From Octopus bimaculoides (lineage: Eukaryota): a DNA stretch of 54,151 nucleotides. The notes beneath the pieces were generated by a model. It was not told the DNA's origin, searched no databases, and saw only the letters and a program-made list of their open reading frames with translations. This document shows positions 35,362 through 48,659 of the stretch, in pieces. The stretch lies in assembly GCF_001194135.2 (NCBI RefSeq), contig NC_068988.1:15944457-15998607 (forward strand), written 5' to 3'. Numbering within the stretch: position 1 is the stretch's first letter; each line of letters begins with the position of its first letter. The position numbers were made by a program, and so were the translations under genes.

Positions 35362-36291
35362 ACAATCATCCTTGGATGGAATTTATAAATATTTTAATGC
35401 ATGGCTGTTTGCGTTTCTACAGATGACAGTCCGTATTTCTGAGATGATTACAGTGTAGTCCGTAGTATCAGTGGGCATCAGAAAGATTATATTCATGGAT
35501 TCATTTCTTCAATGATATAACATTAATGGATGCTGAACTGAGAGTTGTTTATCCCTTATGACTAGTGAGAAGGTTGATTTGAGTTAAGGGGGTATTTCTG
35601 TGTGCATTTGGTGGGGAGGAGGAGAAGAAGGTGATGGAAAGAGAGGAAGGAATGGTAGTTATATGGGGATATAGGTGTGTTATATGGGGATATAGGTGGA
35701 GTTATATGGGGATATAGGTGTGTTATATGGGGATATAGGTGTGTTATATGGGGATATAGGTGTGTTATATGGGGATATAGGTGTGTTATATGGGGATATA
35801 GGTGGAGTTATTTTGCTATTCACTCTGCAGATGTCAAGGATGTGTAGTACATTCTTTTGTTCGATCTCATTTCAGGCATGACTATCTTCAATGTAGTCTG
35901 AAGTAAGCAGGTCAGCTGGTACAACCACTACGGCCATCAACTATTGGAGTTCATTGTCTGAATTGATAAATAATGCTTTCTTAGGGCGACGTTTTACTTA
36001 TTTCTTGTGGTACAGTGGCTGCATCTTAAACATTGGGTTTTTTTTTTTTTTGTTCCTTCTTTGTTCTATAATATGCTAAGAGCGGCTGATGTTGTTCTGT
36101 TTGAAAATTTTTATTTCGTACTCCAGAAACAATGTTTTGCATTTATCTTCACATGATACGCCGACGGATACTACGGACTACACGGTGATCATCCCAGTAA
36201 TACGGACTGTGATCTTAAGAGACATATGATTTGTGGAAACGCGCTTAGAGATGCATTAAAATATTCATAAATTCCATCCAAAGATTATTGT
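35362..36291. repeat. Long diverged inverted repeat (arms 35362-35480 and 36155-36291), possible TIR element
   Basis: TTGGATGGAATTTATAAATATTTTAATGCA and ACAGTCCGTATT...GTGTAGTCCGTAGTATC are matched in reverse complement, with a ~16-nt indel. Confidence 0.8.
35658..35810. repeat. 21-bp minisatellite (GTTATATGGGGATATAGGTG[TG/GA]), ~7 copies
   Basis: Direct reading. Confidence 0.96.
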
Positions 36292-36360
36292 AATCGAAAA
36301 AAGATATTCGATGAAATTGGATTAATAAATTTACTTATTTATTATTTATTATTTATTGTG

Positions 36361-36396
<36 letters not shown>

Positions 36397-36940
36397 CACA
36401 CAGACACGTGTATGCAAACATACATACATACACACATACAAACACATGCAGATGCATAAAAGACGAGCTGAGCGCAAAGTGAGACAATCTTGAACGGAAC
36501 GGACAAGAAGGATTGGTGAGACGCAGTGATGTGAGTTGTGAATGGGCAGAATTTTTATGTGTGAGGAAAATGTGAGATAAATTGACTTGATTAGGTGTAA
36601 TATTTTATTTTTGACGCCATAACTGAAGAGAATAGTTCGGGGTTGGGTATGACACGTAGTTATATAGAATTGCTAAGGAGAATAAATGGTGCAGACAGTT
36701 AAAAAGTGGCAATTGCAACGTCACTTATGCATTCTTCAATGTCAGTGAAAGTTTTAAGAAATGTTTCAAAGTTGCATGAGAGATAGATAGATAGATAAAG
36801 AGAGTGAGAAAAAGAGAGAGTGTGAAAGAGAAATAGGTGGAGGCATAAAAAGAAGTTAGTGCGGTGCAATGTTGTATTCATGACAGAGAAGAATATAGAT
36901 TAATACGCACACACACACACGCACACACACACGCACGCAA

Positions 36941-36997
<57 letters not shown>

Positions 36998-38306
36998 NNN
37001 NNNNNNNNNNNNNNNNNNNNNNNNNNNNNNNNNNNNNNNNNNNNNNNNNNNNNNNNNNNNNNNNNNNNNNNNNNNNNNNNNNNNNNNNNNNNNNNNNNNN
37101 NNNNNNNNNNNNNNNNNNNNNNNNNNNNNNNNNNNNNNNNNNNNNNNNNNNNNNNNNNNNNNNNNNNNNNNNNNNNNNNNNNNNNNNNNNNNNNNNNNNN
37201 NNNNNNNNNNNNNNNNNNNNNNNNNNNNNNNNNNNNNNNNNNNNNNNNNNNNNNNNNNNNNNNNNNNNNNNNNNNNNNNNNNNNNNNNNNNNNNNNNNNN
37301 NNNNNNNNNNNNNNNNNNNNNNNNNNNNNNNNNNNNNNNNNNNNNNNNNNNNNNNNNNNNNNNNNNNNNNNNNNNNNNNNNNNNNNNNNNNNNNNNNNNN
37401 NNNNNNNNNNNNNNNNNNNNNNNNNNNNNNNNNNNNNNNNNNNNNNNNNNNNNNNNNNNNNNNNNNNNNNNNNNNNNNNNNNNNNNNNNNNNNNNNNNNN
37501 NNNNNNNNNNNNNNNNNNNNNNNNNNNNNNNNNNNNNNNNNNNNNNNNNNNNNNNNNNNNNNNNNNNNNNNNNNNNNNNNNNNNNNNNNNNNNNNNNNNN
37601 NNNNNNNNNNNNNNNNNNNNNNNNNNNNNNNNNNNNNNNNNNNNNNNNNNNNNNNNNNNNNNNNNNNNNNNNNNNNNNNNNNNNNNNNNNNNNNNNNNNN
37701 NNNNNNNNNNNNNNNNNNNNNNNNNNNNNNNNNNNNNNNNNNNNNNNNNNNNNNNNNNNNNNNNNNNNNNNNNNNNNNNNNNNNNNNNNNNNNNNNNNNN
37801 NNNNNNNNNNNNNNNNNNNNNNNNNNNNNNNNNNNNCGATAAGAAAGGCACTTACGAATTCATCGGCTAGCGAGTTCAGGCACCTCACCTCAAAGAAATC
37901 AATTCCATGTGCGTCACAAATAGTCCCGTATGAAAAAAAGTTCCGTGTCGAACTGGATTACGGTTTAGCCATCTAACTTAGAGATATCAAATATAAAATA
38001 TACAAGAATAAGGGCAGAGAATCGTCAATTAATAATAGAATTAATAATTAACAATTCTGCCAAGTAGTTCAGTATGAAAAAAACCTTTATCGGTAAGACT
38101 ATTTATCATTATAAATATACAGGGATTAGCAATTGAGTTGCTTCTCCAACATACTGAAAATTTATAGATAAATATTCAGATATAGATATACATATACATA
38201 TCTATATTTGCATATATGCATATATATACACACACACAAACACACACACACACACATACACACACACATACACACGCACACGCACACACACACACACACA
38301 CACATG

Positions 38307-38344
<38 letters not shown>

Positions 38345-39045
38345 NNNNNNNNNNNNNNNNNNNNNNNNNNNNNNNNNNNNNNNNNNNNNNNNNNNNNNNN
38401 NNNNNNNNNNNNNNNNNNNNNNNNNNNNNNNNNNNNNNNNNNNNNNNNNNNNNNNNNNNNNNNNNNNNNNNNNNNNNNNNNNNNNNNNNNNNNNNNNNNN
38501 NNNNNNNNNNNNNNNNNNNNNNNNNNNNNNNNNNNNNNNNNNNNNNNNNNNNNNNNNNNNNNNNNNNNNNNNNNNNNNNNNNNNNNNNNNNNNNNNNNNN
38601 NNNNNNNNNNNNNNNNNNNNNNNNNNNNNNNNNNNNNNNNNNNNNNNNNNNNNNNNNNNNNNNNNNNNNNNNNNNNNNNNNNNNNNNNNNNNNNNNNNNN
38701 NNNNNNNNNNNNNNNNNNNNNNNNNNNNNNNNNNNNNNNNNNNNNNNNNNNNNNNNNNNNNNNNNNNNNNNNNNNNNNNNNNNNNNNNNNNNNNNNNNNN
38801 NNNNNNNNNNNNNNNNNNNNNNNNNNNNNNNNNNNNNNNNNNNNNNNNNNNNNNNNNNNNNNNNNNNTAACAATTAGAAAATTTTGGGTAAGACCTCCAC
38901 TTTTACCCTCTCCCATTGATTGCACCTAGTATAGCACTAGTGTAGCAATAATTGGGTACCCTCCCAGCAGTATACCGGATAGATACTATCCCTTAGTGGG
39001 TTGTACCCCCAACCCCTAAGTCTCTCACGTTATATATATATATAT

Positions 39046-40439
39046 ACTCTTTTACTTGTTTCAGTCATTTGACTGCAGCCATGCTAGAGCACTGCCTTTA
39101 GTCGAGCAAATCGACCCCATTTCTGGGTGTCAGAAGTTTTATAGATGTTATACTGCCCTGAATTGGTAGCGAGAGCCTGGTCTTGTGCAGCAATGATCAG
39201 GTTTTCGGTGGTACGCTTCAAATCACCTCGCTCAAGCCATGCCCACGGTGCTGTACTATCCGTAACGTCCTGTGTATTCCCTTCAAACTGTCCATGCATT
39301 CTCATTTCAAGGTCTTCTTTTCTCTTCTCCTTAGCTCTTTGGTTAACTCTTCCTTGCCCATCATTTCATCTGCATTTTCATCCATATCTTCTGCGGCATA
39401 TTGCAGCAGGTCTTCATCACTATTTATCAAATACTCGGCAAGCGTTCTCCTCTCACTCCTTATGTAATGGTCTATACTAATTAGTCCTCTGCCACCATTC
39501 TTTCTTTTAATACACAGTCTGTTTACGTTTACTTTAGGGTGTAGCACCCCATGCAGCGTCATCAACTTTCTCGTCCTTCTATCTAGTGTTGATATTTCCT
39601 CCTTAGTCCATTTGAGAATGGACGCACTATATCTGACCACCACAGCTGCCCAGATACTCATTGCGGTAATCATATTTTTGGCATGCAGGTTGGATTTCAA
39701 CATCATCTTCGCCCTTTTTTGATACGCCTCACTGCCCTCGACTTTCATTTCTCTGTGTAGAATGTCATGCAGCTCCACAATTCCTAAATATCTATACCCA
39801 CTACCGTCGGGTTCACCCAGGGTCTCTCCTGGTGGTAACCGCAATCCTCTGCAGGCTGCTTTCTTCTCTCTTCTCATATTAAGTACTGAGCATTCGGTAA
39901 TGCTCAGTACCGATGTCCCTACCACACGTCTGGACTGTTCTGGTTAAAGAATCTATCTATTTTTCAGATTTTCCAAATAATTTCAGGTCATTCATAAACA
40001 CAAGATGGTTCAATGATGTGCCTTCCTTCTCACATCGTTAACCCATCTTAACTTTCCTAAGTGTCATTGTTTTTAATATTAGTATAATTACAAAAAGTAG
40101 CGGAGAAATCGGGTCACCTTGGAAGATACCCCTTTTAATATTAACTTCTCCAAGGAATACATTAATTGAGTACAATTTTGTTTTCCACTCTTTCATGCTT
40201 TGCATCAGAAAATTTGTGATGTTGTCAGCAACACCAAACATCTGCAGGCATTCAGCGATCCAAGAATGCGGCATCAGATCACGTACCTTCTTAAAGTTAA
40301 TCTAAGCTATAGACATTTTTGTATGATGTTTTCTTTTACAATGCCTCAAAACTGTTTTATCGATGACCAGATGATCCTTGGTACCCTGAGAACTCTTCTT
40401 ACATCCTTTTTATTCCCTTGGTAGTATCAAATGCAAATA

Positions 40440-40481
<42 letters not shown>

Positions 40482-40632
40482 GTCGACCTTCTTTCTTCTA
40501 CTAAATCCACTCACAAGACAAGGCTTTTGTCGGCTCGAGGCTATAGTACAAGATACTTGCCCAAGGTGCCACGCGGTGGAACTGAAACTGGAACCATGTG
40601 GTTGGTAAGTAAGCTTCAGTTACACCTGCGCA
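39046..40632 (-). mobile_element. SINE family A split into tail (39046-39119) and head (40480-40632) around a LINE fragment
   Basis: Both halves match family A in order and orientation; the central part is absent. Confidence 0.75.
39120..40424 (-). mobile_element. Dong/R4-clade (RLE) non-LTR retrotransposon, internal RT-to-C-terminal fragment
   Basis: LPRE*KGCKKSSQGTKDHLVIDK; PHSWIAECL...KRGIFQGDPISPLLFVI; FMNDLKLFGK; YRYLGIVE; RYSASILKWTKEEISTLDRRTRKLMT...LCIKRKNGGRGLISI; WLERGDLKRTTENLIIAAQDQAL. Confidence 0.9.
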
Positions 40633-40817
40633 TATATATATATATATATATATACACGTACAGACACACATACACAAAGACACACACACTCACACACACA
40701 CATATGTACATATGTACATCTATACAGATATATACATATATGCACAGGCGTATATGGAAAATGCATTTATACAAATAACGTATGATAGGTGAAACTAAAG
40801 TGTATCTTGCAAGCGTG

Positions 40818-40872
<55 letters not shown>

Positions 40873-41052
40873 ATGCACACAGAGAACTACATACGCATAC
40901 ACACATACACACAAATGTACATCTACCTATACTCGCACACATATAATCAAACATTCAAGGCCATCGCGAACTGGAATGACAAAATTACCTTCAATTGACA
41001 AAAGCAATTTCTATTTCTCTTCGGTGTCATTAATCTCACTCAATATATTGAT

Positions 41053-41105
<53 letters not shown>

Positions 41106-41477
41106 CCCCACTCTTCAGTGTTTCCTCGTGTGTGTTTTTCCTTTTCTTGTATGTGTTTGTAAATGAGCGTGTATCATGTATGTGTGCATGTATGTTTGTA
41201 TGTATGTGTGTATGTATGTATGCATGCATGTTTGCTTGTATCTGTGTGCGCGACAAAAGTTTTGCCGGTCACATTTCATTATCACCTAAGGTTTGGTGTA
41301 TATATTTTTTTTGTGTGTACGTATGTGTATAATATGTTATATTATGTCACGTCGTGTATGTATTTATGTATGTATATATGTTTGTATGTATATGTATACA
41401 TACACACATACATATATGCTTGTGTATAAATATGTGTATACATATATATACATACATGTATGTTCATATACATACAT

Positions 41478-41515
<38 letters not shown>

Positions 41516-41525
41516 NNNNNNNNNN

Positions 41526-41565
<40 letters not shown>

Positions 41566-41675
41566 TGGTACAAACACACACACACGCACATATACATACA
41601 CATATATCTACATACGCTAAAGCTTATACACATACATGCGTAAGTTTACATACATGGATGGACACATGTATGTGA

Positions 41676-41710
<35 letters not shown>

Positions 41711-42434
41711 TAAAACAGAAGACAGAGTGAATACGCTGGTGCGCCAGGAAATCAATCATGTTAACATTTATATTGTGTCGGCATGGCCACTGACACGAAC
41801 ATTAATTAATTTTCGTGTTGTCACATTCATGTAACACCTCAGGGACTTTTGCCAATAATCTGCAAAATTCCCTTTGGAGTAGAAAATCTGCCCTCAATCT
41901 TTTACACTATTCATCTATTCTGAGCAACCCATTTATACAGCTTATGAAATGGACTCTGAACGATTACGAATTTGTATTTAGTTTATCCTTCAGTTCAACA
42001 CGGAATAGAAATATAATTTCTAACGGATGTCTCGTCTCCACTATTTTAATGCAAATATTACACGCGTTCACTTCGTAGCACATCACGTACACAATCACTA
42101 TATATAGCTCTCTCTAGCACTTTTAGATATATATCTTTATCATTTGCATGCACACAAAAACGTATATGCATACACATGCTACATGCGCATACATGGAAGC
42201 TTTACATCGTTCAGGAAAACACACATTGACTATGATACATGTTAGATTAATTGGCAAGCGAGATGCATTGTAAATATTTGATTACCACATACAGAGTAAG
42301 ATGTAAGCTGATAAGCAGTCCAGACGGCGTGGTTCGGTTTCAATTTCCTCTGTTGTAAGTTCTTGATGGTGCACTTGAGAAAGGTGTCAGCAGCGCAATA
42401 TTCATTCCTTTATTATAAAATATTTCATTGTTAG

Positions 42435-42900
42435 CCTATAAAGAAATCTCTGAGATGATGAATGGCTGTAATTTGTCAGGTGTAGGAAATATGTTGGCAG
42501 AAGGTGGATTCCAGGGCGCCAACGTAGTGAGAAAGACAACAGGATGAAGTGGATGGTTAGTCAGGGGCTTATGGGAGGGTTGTATGTTCTTGTAGCTTTA
42601 ACTGAAGTTTACTATGATCTCTCAAACTAATGACCCAAGACCAGCACATTAGTGCGGAGCCAAAGCTGGGAGAAGAATGAGTTGAAAGTGCTTGAATGGA
42701 AGTGGCAAATAACCAATGCACAGAATAGAGGATACTGGAGTGTCTGTAGAAAAAGCAGAGAGAGGAGGTAATTTGTTTGTGGGCTAGTAGCTTGAGCATT
42801 TTGGTGAATGACTTCCTGCCAACCAATCGTGTAACCATTGTTTGGATATGGTCAATGATGTCATTATGCGCTGCAGAAGTACCGTCCTACAAGTGGAAGT
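42435..42900 (-). mobile_element. CR1/L2-group LINE 3' fragment (same type as 1478-1830)
   Basis: IDHIQTMVTRLVG...LKLLAHKQITSSLCFFYRH, and later TLAPWNPPSANIFP...LQPF. Confidence 0.7.
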
Positions 42901-43264
42901 AGTAATTCAAGGTGGGTCTGACTTAATCACCTTAGTGGTTTGTGTGTGGGGAATTGATGTTTGTTTTTTCTTATATCATTTGTTGAGGCTAAAACAATTA
43001 AATCGTAGAAATGACATAACAGTCATTAAAATACGCACACGCAAACAACAGGCACACACACACTCAAACAAAAACAAAAAAAAGAAGAGAAAATCAGTTG
43101 CAGTGAGTTTTGAGATAGTATCACATACAATAAAGTGTGAACAAATTTCCATGTAGATCTACTGGCTAACTTAGTGATACTAAAATCAATATTTTAATAG
43201 CTGTTGCCCGGCATCTTACCATCACTTACATTTGTACTTAAATCTGAAACAAGCATTTCGTTAT

Positions 43265-43430
43265 AAGTGTTCTTGTCTTGCTTCAGGTCATCCCAGGTCG
43301 ACTAGACATGTAGTTAAAGTAATTTCAATCGTGAGTTTTTAAGGGTATTTATCATCCAATATGTTCTGTCTTTTTCAAGATAGTGGCATGCAATTTAAGT
43401 CTGAGTTTTGCTGCTATTTGTATCATAAAA
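43265..43430 (-). mobile_element. SINE-like family E, diverged
   Basis: Reverse-complement similarity to 34540-34725. Confidence 0.4.
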
Positions 43431-43759
43431 ATTATCTATTTAGTTATATCAACAGAGAATTACAAAACGCTTGATATGTGTTCGTGATGTCACATGTAAT
43501 TAATATGTGTGTTATCCATTACAAACAATATTCTTTACACCCCTTTTCTCTGTTTTACATTATTTAGAGTAAAGGCAGTATCTATGACCTTCTCATCACA
43601 CTTCAAAAGACCAGGAAGTTGTCATCATGTAGAATATCTTACTGTGAAAACATATAACAAAAAAAATTCCGTTAAAGAAACACTAGGTTAGTATTGAATT
43701 AGTATTGAACGGCGTATCGGATGACGTTCACGATTTAACAACAAAGACAAGTCACTCCG

Positions 43760-43910
43760 GTAGATTTCCACAGGGTTTCCCTTTACCAAAATTTCACCCA
43801 CAAGACTTTGGACGTCCCAATTTTATGGTAGAAGACACTTTCATAATGTGACATGCAGTGATATTAAACTCAGTACCATGTAGCTGGAAGCGAATTTCTT
43901 GATCACATAG
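43760..43910 (-). mobile_element. SINE family A head, old copy
   Basis: TACCAAAATTTCACCCACAAGACTTTGG...GTAGAAGACACTT...CCATGTAGCTGG. Confidence 0.6.
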
Positions 43911-44121
43911 CAATTCTTGTATCCATCGTGATAAATGTACGCATATAATTTATTATCGAATATAAATGGCTCTAAAATATAGAGACCTATAGGTATGTGC
44001 GTTTTCTAACTTGTTCAATCTGGAGGATGGGGAAGGCATGAGCAAAGAGGGGATTCCAGGGGTCGGAACTCCGGGGAGGAAGGACTGGGAGTGGTGGTTA
44101 TTGAGGGCTTATGACCACCAC

Positions 44122-44335
44122 AAGGTCCATTCCTTGTTGCGTTGTTGTGGCTTTTGTGCCTCAGTGACCCCGAGAACCATGTCACCAGTGTGCAAGCACT
44201 TAGTAGGACCTCCTGTGGTGGACAAGTTAAAGGATAGAGACCAGACTAATATAGATCACTTCTTCTTCCAAGGGGTAAAATGGGTTTGTGTAGGGCCATC
44301 ACCCCTACCTAGTTGCAGAAGCATCGTTGACTATT
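44122..44335 (+). mobile_element. Probable 5' UTR fragment of an RTE/Expander-type LINE
   Basis: CCTTGTTGCG...GTGCCTCAGTGACCCCGAGA...GTAGGACC...GACAAGTTAAAGGATAGAGACCAGACTAA...GTAGGGCCATCACCCCTACC resembles RTE/Expander 5' ends as I recall them; not database-checked. Confidence 0.45.
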
Positions 44336-44871
44336 CAAAAACTAACAAGACTTGAGAGGGGCAGTTCTTCCCCTAAGGAAACACACGAGGCGGTGCTGCA
44401 AAATCCGAAAGACAGAGCTGAAAACAAAACAACAACAACAACAACAAAAAGACAAAACAAAACATAGCAAAACAAAAACAGAGATCGAACTGGAGAGAAG
44501 GAGGAAAATACAGCTCAGAGTTCAGAACAGCAGACAAAAGGCGTCGATGGCCTGTGCTTCATAAGGAACGAAGAACTTGATGTAAAATACCACGATACTT
44601 TTGCAGCATGTGTGATATTCTGAGACAATTCTTCTATGATTAATGAAACTAATAACGGAAGACTTAATGTTATTTATTTAAGAGTGTAGGGTTTGGTTGT
44701 TTGGAGATTTGCTTACTATGTGTAACAGATCAAGATAGAACGTAGAGGTTTCCTCATTTGCACTTAGTTATGCGTTTGTTCTATGTGTACTGTGTGTAAG
44801 CTATGTATGTGCGTATATGTGTTGGACATCTCGGTATGCGTAAATCGGTGTCCAATATATATATACATACC

Positions 44872-44907
<36 letters not shown>

Positions 44908-45630
44908 NNNNNNNNNNNNNNNNNNNNNNNNNNNNNNNNNNNNNNNNNNNNNNNNNNNNNNNNNNNNNNNNNNNNNNNNNNNNNTATATATAGGTATGTA
45001 TGTATAAGCGTGTGATAATATCCGTGTCAAAACATCGAGTAGTTGTTCATTATATGTGGTTTAGGTGTATTCAAGTTCTGGAATCTTAAGATTTATCGTC
45101 TAGAAAGCTCATTAGCAAATGTCTTTCACGCACGCTCAAACATATACTCATGTCAAAACACTTAAAGAAACATTGTACAGCATAACTATATAATATAAAT
45201 CATAGCACATTATGTCTTCAAAGTATGTCTAGTAACTCACACACTCACACACACACACACACACGCGCGCGCACACACAGAGAGACACAAACAGAAAACA
45301 CAAGTATAAAGTATATTAAGTAAAGTATAGTACATTAAGTGGTAAAAGTATGTCTGAGGCTGACATATCATTTATAGAAGCAATAAAGTTAAAAGAAACT
45401 ATAAAGAAAACATTATCACAACAGATGGCTTTTACCAGAAATAGCTGGAGACTATCGGTTAGTGTGGTACTGGTCTTCAGCTCAGTCATTCTAACCTGTA
45501 GAATAGCTAATAATTTTTTACAATAGAATTCTAGTTTCAAATTTTTAGCAGTATCGCAAGATGGAGGTTTCATGAAGAAAAAAAAAAAGGAAGAGGGAAA
45601 ATTGTACAGCATGAATATACATACAAGTAT

Positions 45631-45683
<53 letters not shown>

Positions 45684-46024
45684 TGTTTGTTCAATTATAA
45701 TAAAGCAGCTCCTTTAAAATGGGGGGAATTTCTTTGACCGCTTGGCTGGACAGGAAGCAGGTGGAGCCTCATAGTCTGACGCCTAGTTCTAAAGGAACTG
45801 CAGTTGCTGAGCAACTGATATTCTTTGACAACATCATGTGACCGACCTTGACCAATAGCAGCCTTTCTTCCGATAGTTATCTTGGACTTCCTGTATCTCT
45901 TCAATCGACAATCCAAAGCCTGAAAGAGACGAACTAGTGTTAAGGGCCTGCGGAACTGTACGTTGTATGGAATCGAGTCAAACTGTTTTGAATTATATAT
46001 ATATAGAGATGGCAGTGCGGGTGA

Positions 46025-46061
<37 letters not shown>

Positions 46062-48659
46062 TGCAATTTTGGATAAATTCATGCAGCTCATGTATGTATA
46101 TACATTTATATGCAGATACATGAGTTTGCAATTTTGCAAATATATATTCGTCAATGCAAGTTTAATGCATATCTGTACTTAATGCCATTAAATTCTGAAA
46201 AAAAAAAGAAGAAAATCTAACTCACCGCCAACTTATTAGTACTTTGAAAAAGTTCAGTCCTAGAATTACAATTTCAATATTTATAAGCTTTGTTAATTTT
46301 TGCAAGTGCAACCATATACCTATACCACCACTGTAGAAAGCAGAAAGAAATGATCATATATATATAAGAATTTTAATCTCCCTCTTATTGTTTTAAAAAA
46401 AATATCATCAGCTAAATGGCGCTTGATAAAGCAGTGGCAGCATATTCATGGCTAAGATTAGTTTTATAAGCAAACTTCCAAAAACCCTTTATTACGAGAA
46501 TACATCGAAATATTATCTGATTTAACTCCTCTTTCTCTTTAAACCTTAAATCCTATGTTACAAAAATATTTAATTCTTATGTAAAAGCGCTTTTCTGGCG
46601 ACCATATATCTGAAATTATCTAATAGCAACACCGTTAAGATTAATCTGATTAATCTGCACTCTTAATCTGATAAAATAGATAATGTAAATTCTAAATGTA
46701 GAAATAATGTGTAATACCTCCTTATGAGAAATACCAAACGAAATCACTGGAGTTTATGGTTAGTGTTAGCACAACTGTTATGTGTTGCTATAATTGTATC
46801 AACAATAAGCTAAAACACAATATTACAGTTGGTTGCCGGTGGGAAAACTGAAGAAACATTATCTCAAGCATACTTTGATTTTTCAAAATGAAGAGATTTT
46901 CCCCATTCATACATGAAATTTGAAGGACAATGGTATCAACAACTTGGAAATCTACTGTAAAACTGTGGGTCATACAATATACAATAAATAGCATTTAACC
47001 ACCGATCCCGGGCGCATTGAAATCATGGGATGCTATTGGGTCTTTATATGTCGAACGAAGGGACAGTCAGTAAATTGACAACAGCCAGTATCAACTATTC
47101 GGTCATTGAACCACTTGCTGTTGCCTGTTGCGCAGATGAGACATTTCAGCTAGAGAATGATTATTGGGACTAATATCCAGGCCAGATATTCATGCCTTAT
47201 CGCTCGATCGGAAACATCTGGCGTAGAAGAGTTACATAAGTTCGGGCAAATCAACTGACCTGATTGACTGAGTCTAAACATTCTACATCTTATTGACGGG
47301 AAAGGAATTATCTTAGATAATCTCACGAACTCAGCTAGGAATTTAGCAAACGGATTAAATGTTTTTCCTAAATTCAAGCAGTGAAATGTGTTTCCTTTTG
47401 CATATACTTTCTTGATCTTTGGACACTCAAGTTCGAAGAGAATGCAAGGCTGACTGTCGTGATATACGGCGTGTCCTAGAAATTTCTAAAACCGGCAAGA
47501 TCCAATACAGCCAATGTTTTCAGAGAGCGAACGAGCGAGCGAGCTAGAGAGAAAGAGAAAGAGAAAGAGAAAGAGAGAGAAGGAAAAGGGGGAGAGAGAG
47601 AGAAAGAGAGAGAGATGGATAGAGGGATAAAGGGGGAGAGAGATAGAGATAGATAGATAGAGAGAGAGAGAGACAAAGAGAGAGAGCTTGAGATAATAGC
47701 TAGAGAAAGATGAAGTGTGAGAGAAAACGAATCGACTCAGAATTGGGTAATTTATTGTCTGCAAATGGGCAAAAAGCAAAACTGACCCGAACGAGATTTG
47801 AACTCGGAGTTCAGAGAGTAGGTTCAAATACCAAAGTTAGATGATTGCGATAACTAACCTTTCGTAATTCATAATTGCATGAAAGAAAAAAAAATCGATG
47901 ATCGCAAGCTGAATATTTAATATAAAAGCTTCTATCCTACCGGATGTCTATATTTTCTCTCATGTTCGCCACTCAGAATGTTGCCATGTGATGAGATATA
48001 TACATTTTCTATAATAATTTATCATAATGCGTTTCTCCAATTCTGTAATGATCCTATCAATCTACTGTGTAATATAATACACAGAAATGGCTATCTATTG
48101 TATATACATAGTAAACTACTGAGATAGTGAAATACTTTTATGTCTAACATAACTAGGACATGAAGTTTATAATTTTCGTATTTTAAACATGAATTCGTTA
48201 AATGCATTAGTTATCTGAAGTTAATTCCTTTATTTACATATTTGTTCTTTGTTGTTGATGCGGGAAATTTTCGAACTCGTATTTGTTTTTGTAATATATT
48301 AATAATACTAATTTATGAAAAGGTGTAATACATGTTATATTTTATGCAATGACATTTTGTTATAACCTGTTTTCGTATTGCACAGCCAGAGTTTGGTGGA
48401 ATAGTTGTGGTTGGATATCCGTTTACTTTTGGTCATAATTCTTTGGGTTGAAGTTCTGTAGATAAGGGAAGTATATATCAAAAAAGAACGATTCTAAAAA
48501 TAATTACTGGAACATAGGTATAACAATAAAAATAGACGACTAATTTAAGGATTTATTCCAGAATGACAGTAACAAACATTGATGCACACAGCCATAAAAA
48601 TATACTTAATTCAAAGAATTATCAAGTCTGTGATCTCAAGAAGAACACGAAGAATGTAA

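Noticed and set aside
37888-37947. FSYGTICDAHGIDFFE, reminiscent of an ionotropic receptor S2 motif
   Set aside because: Weak acceptor, only a few matching residues, and no other receptor exons found in the window.
45340-45520. Region open on both strands (MSEADISFIEAIK... / VRMTELKTSTTL...)
   Set aside because: In-phase antisense openness without homology or convincing paired splice sites.
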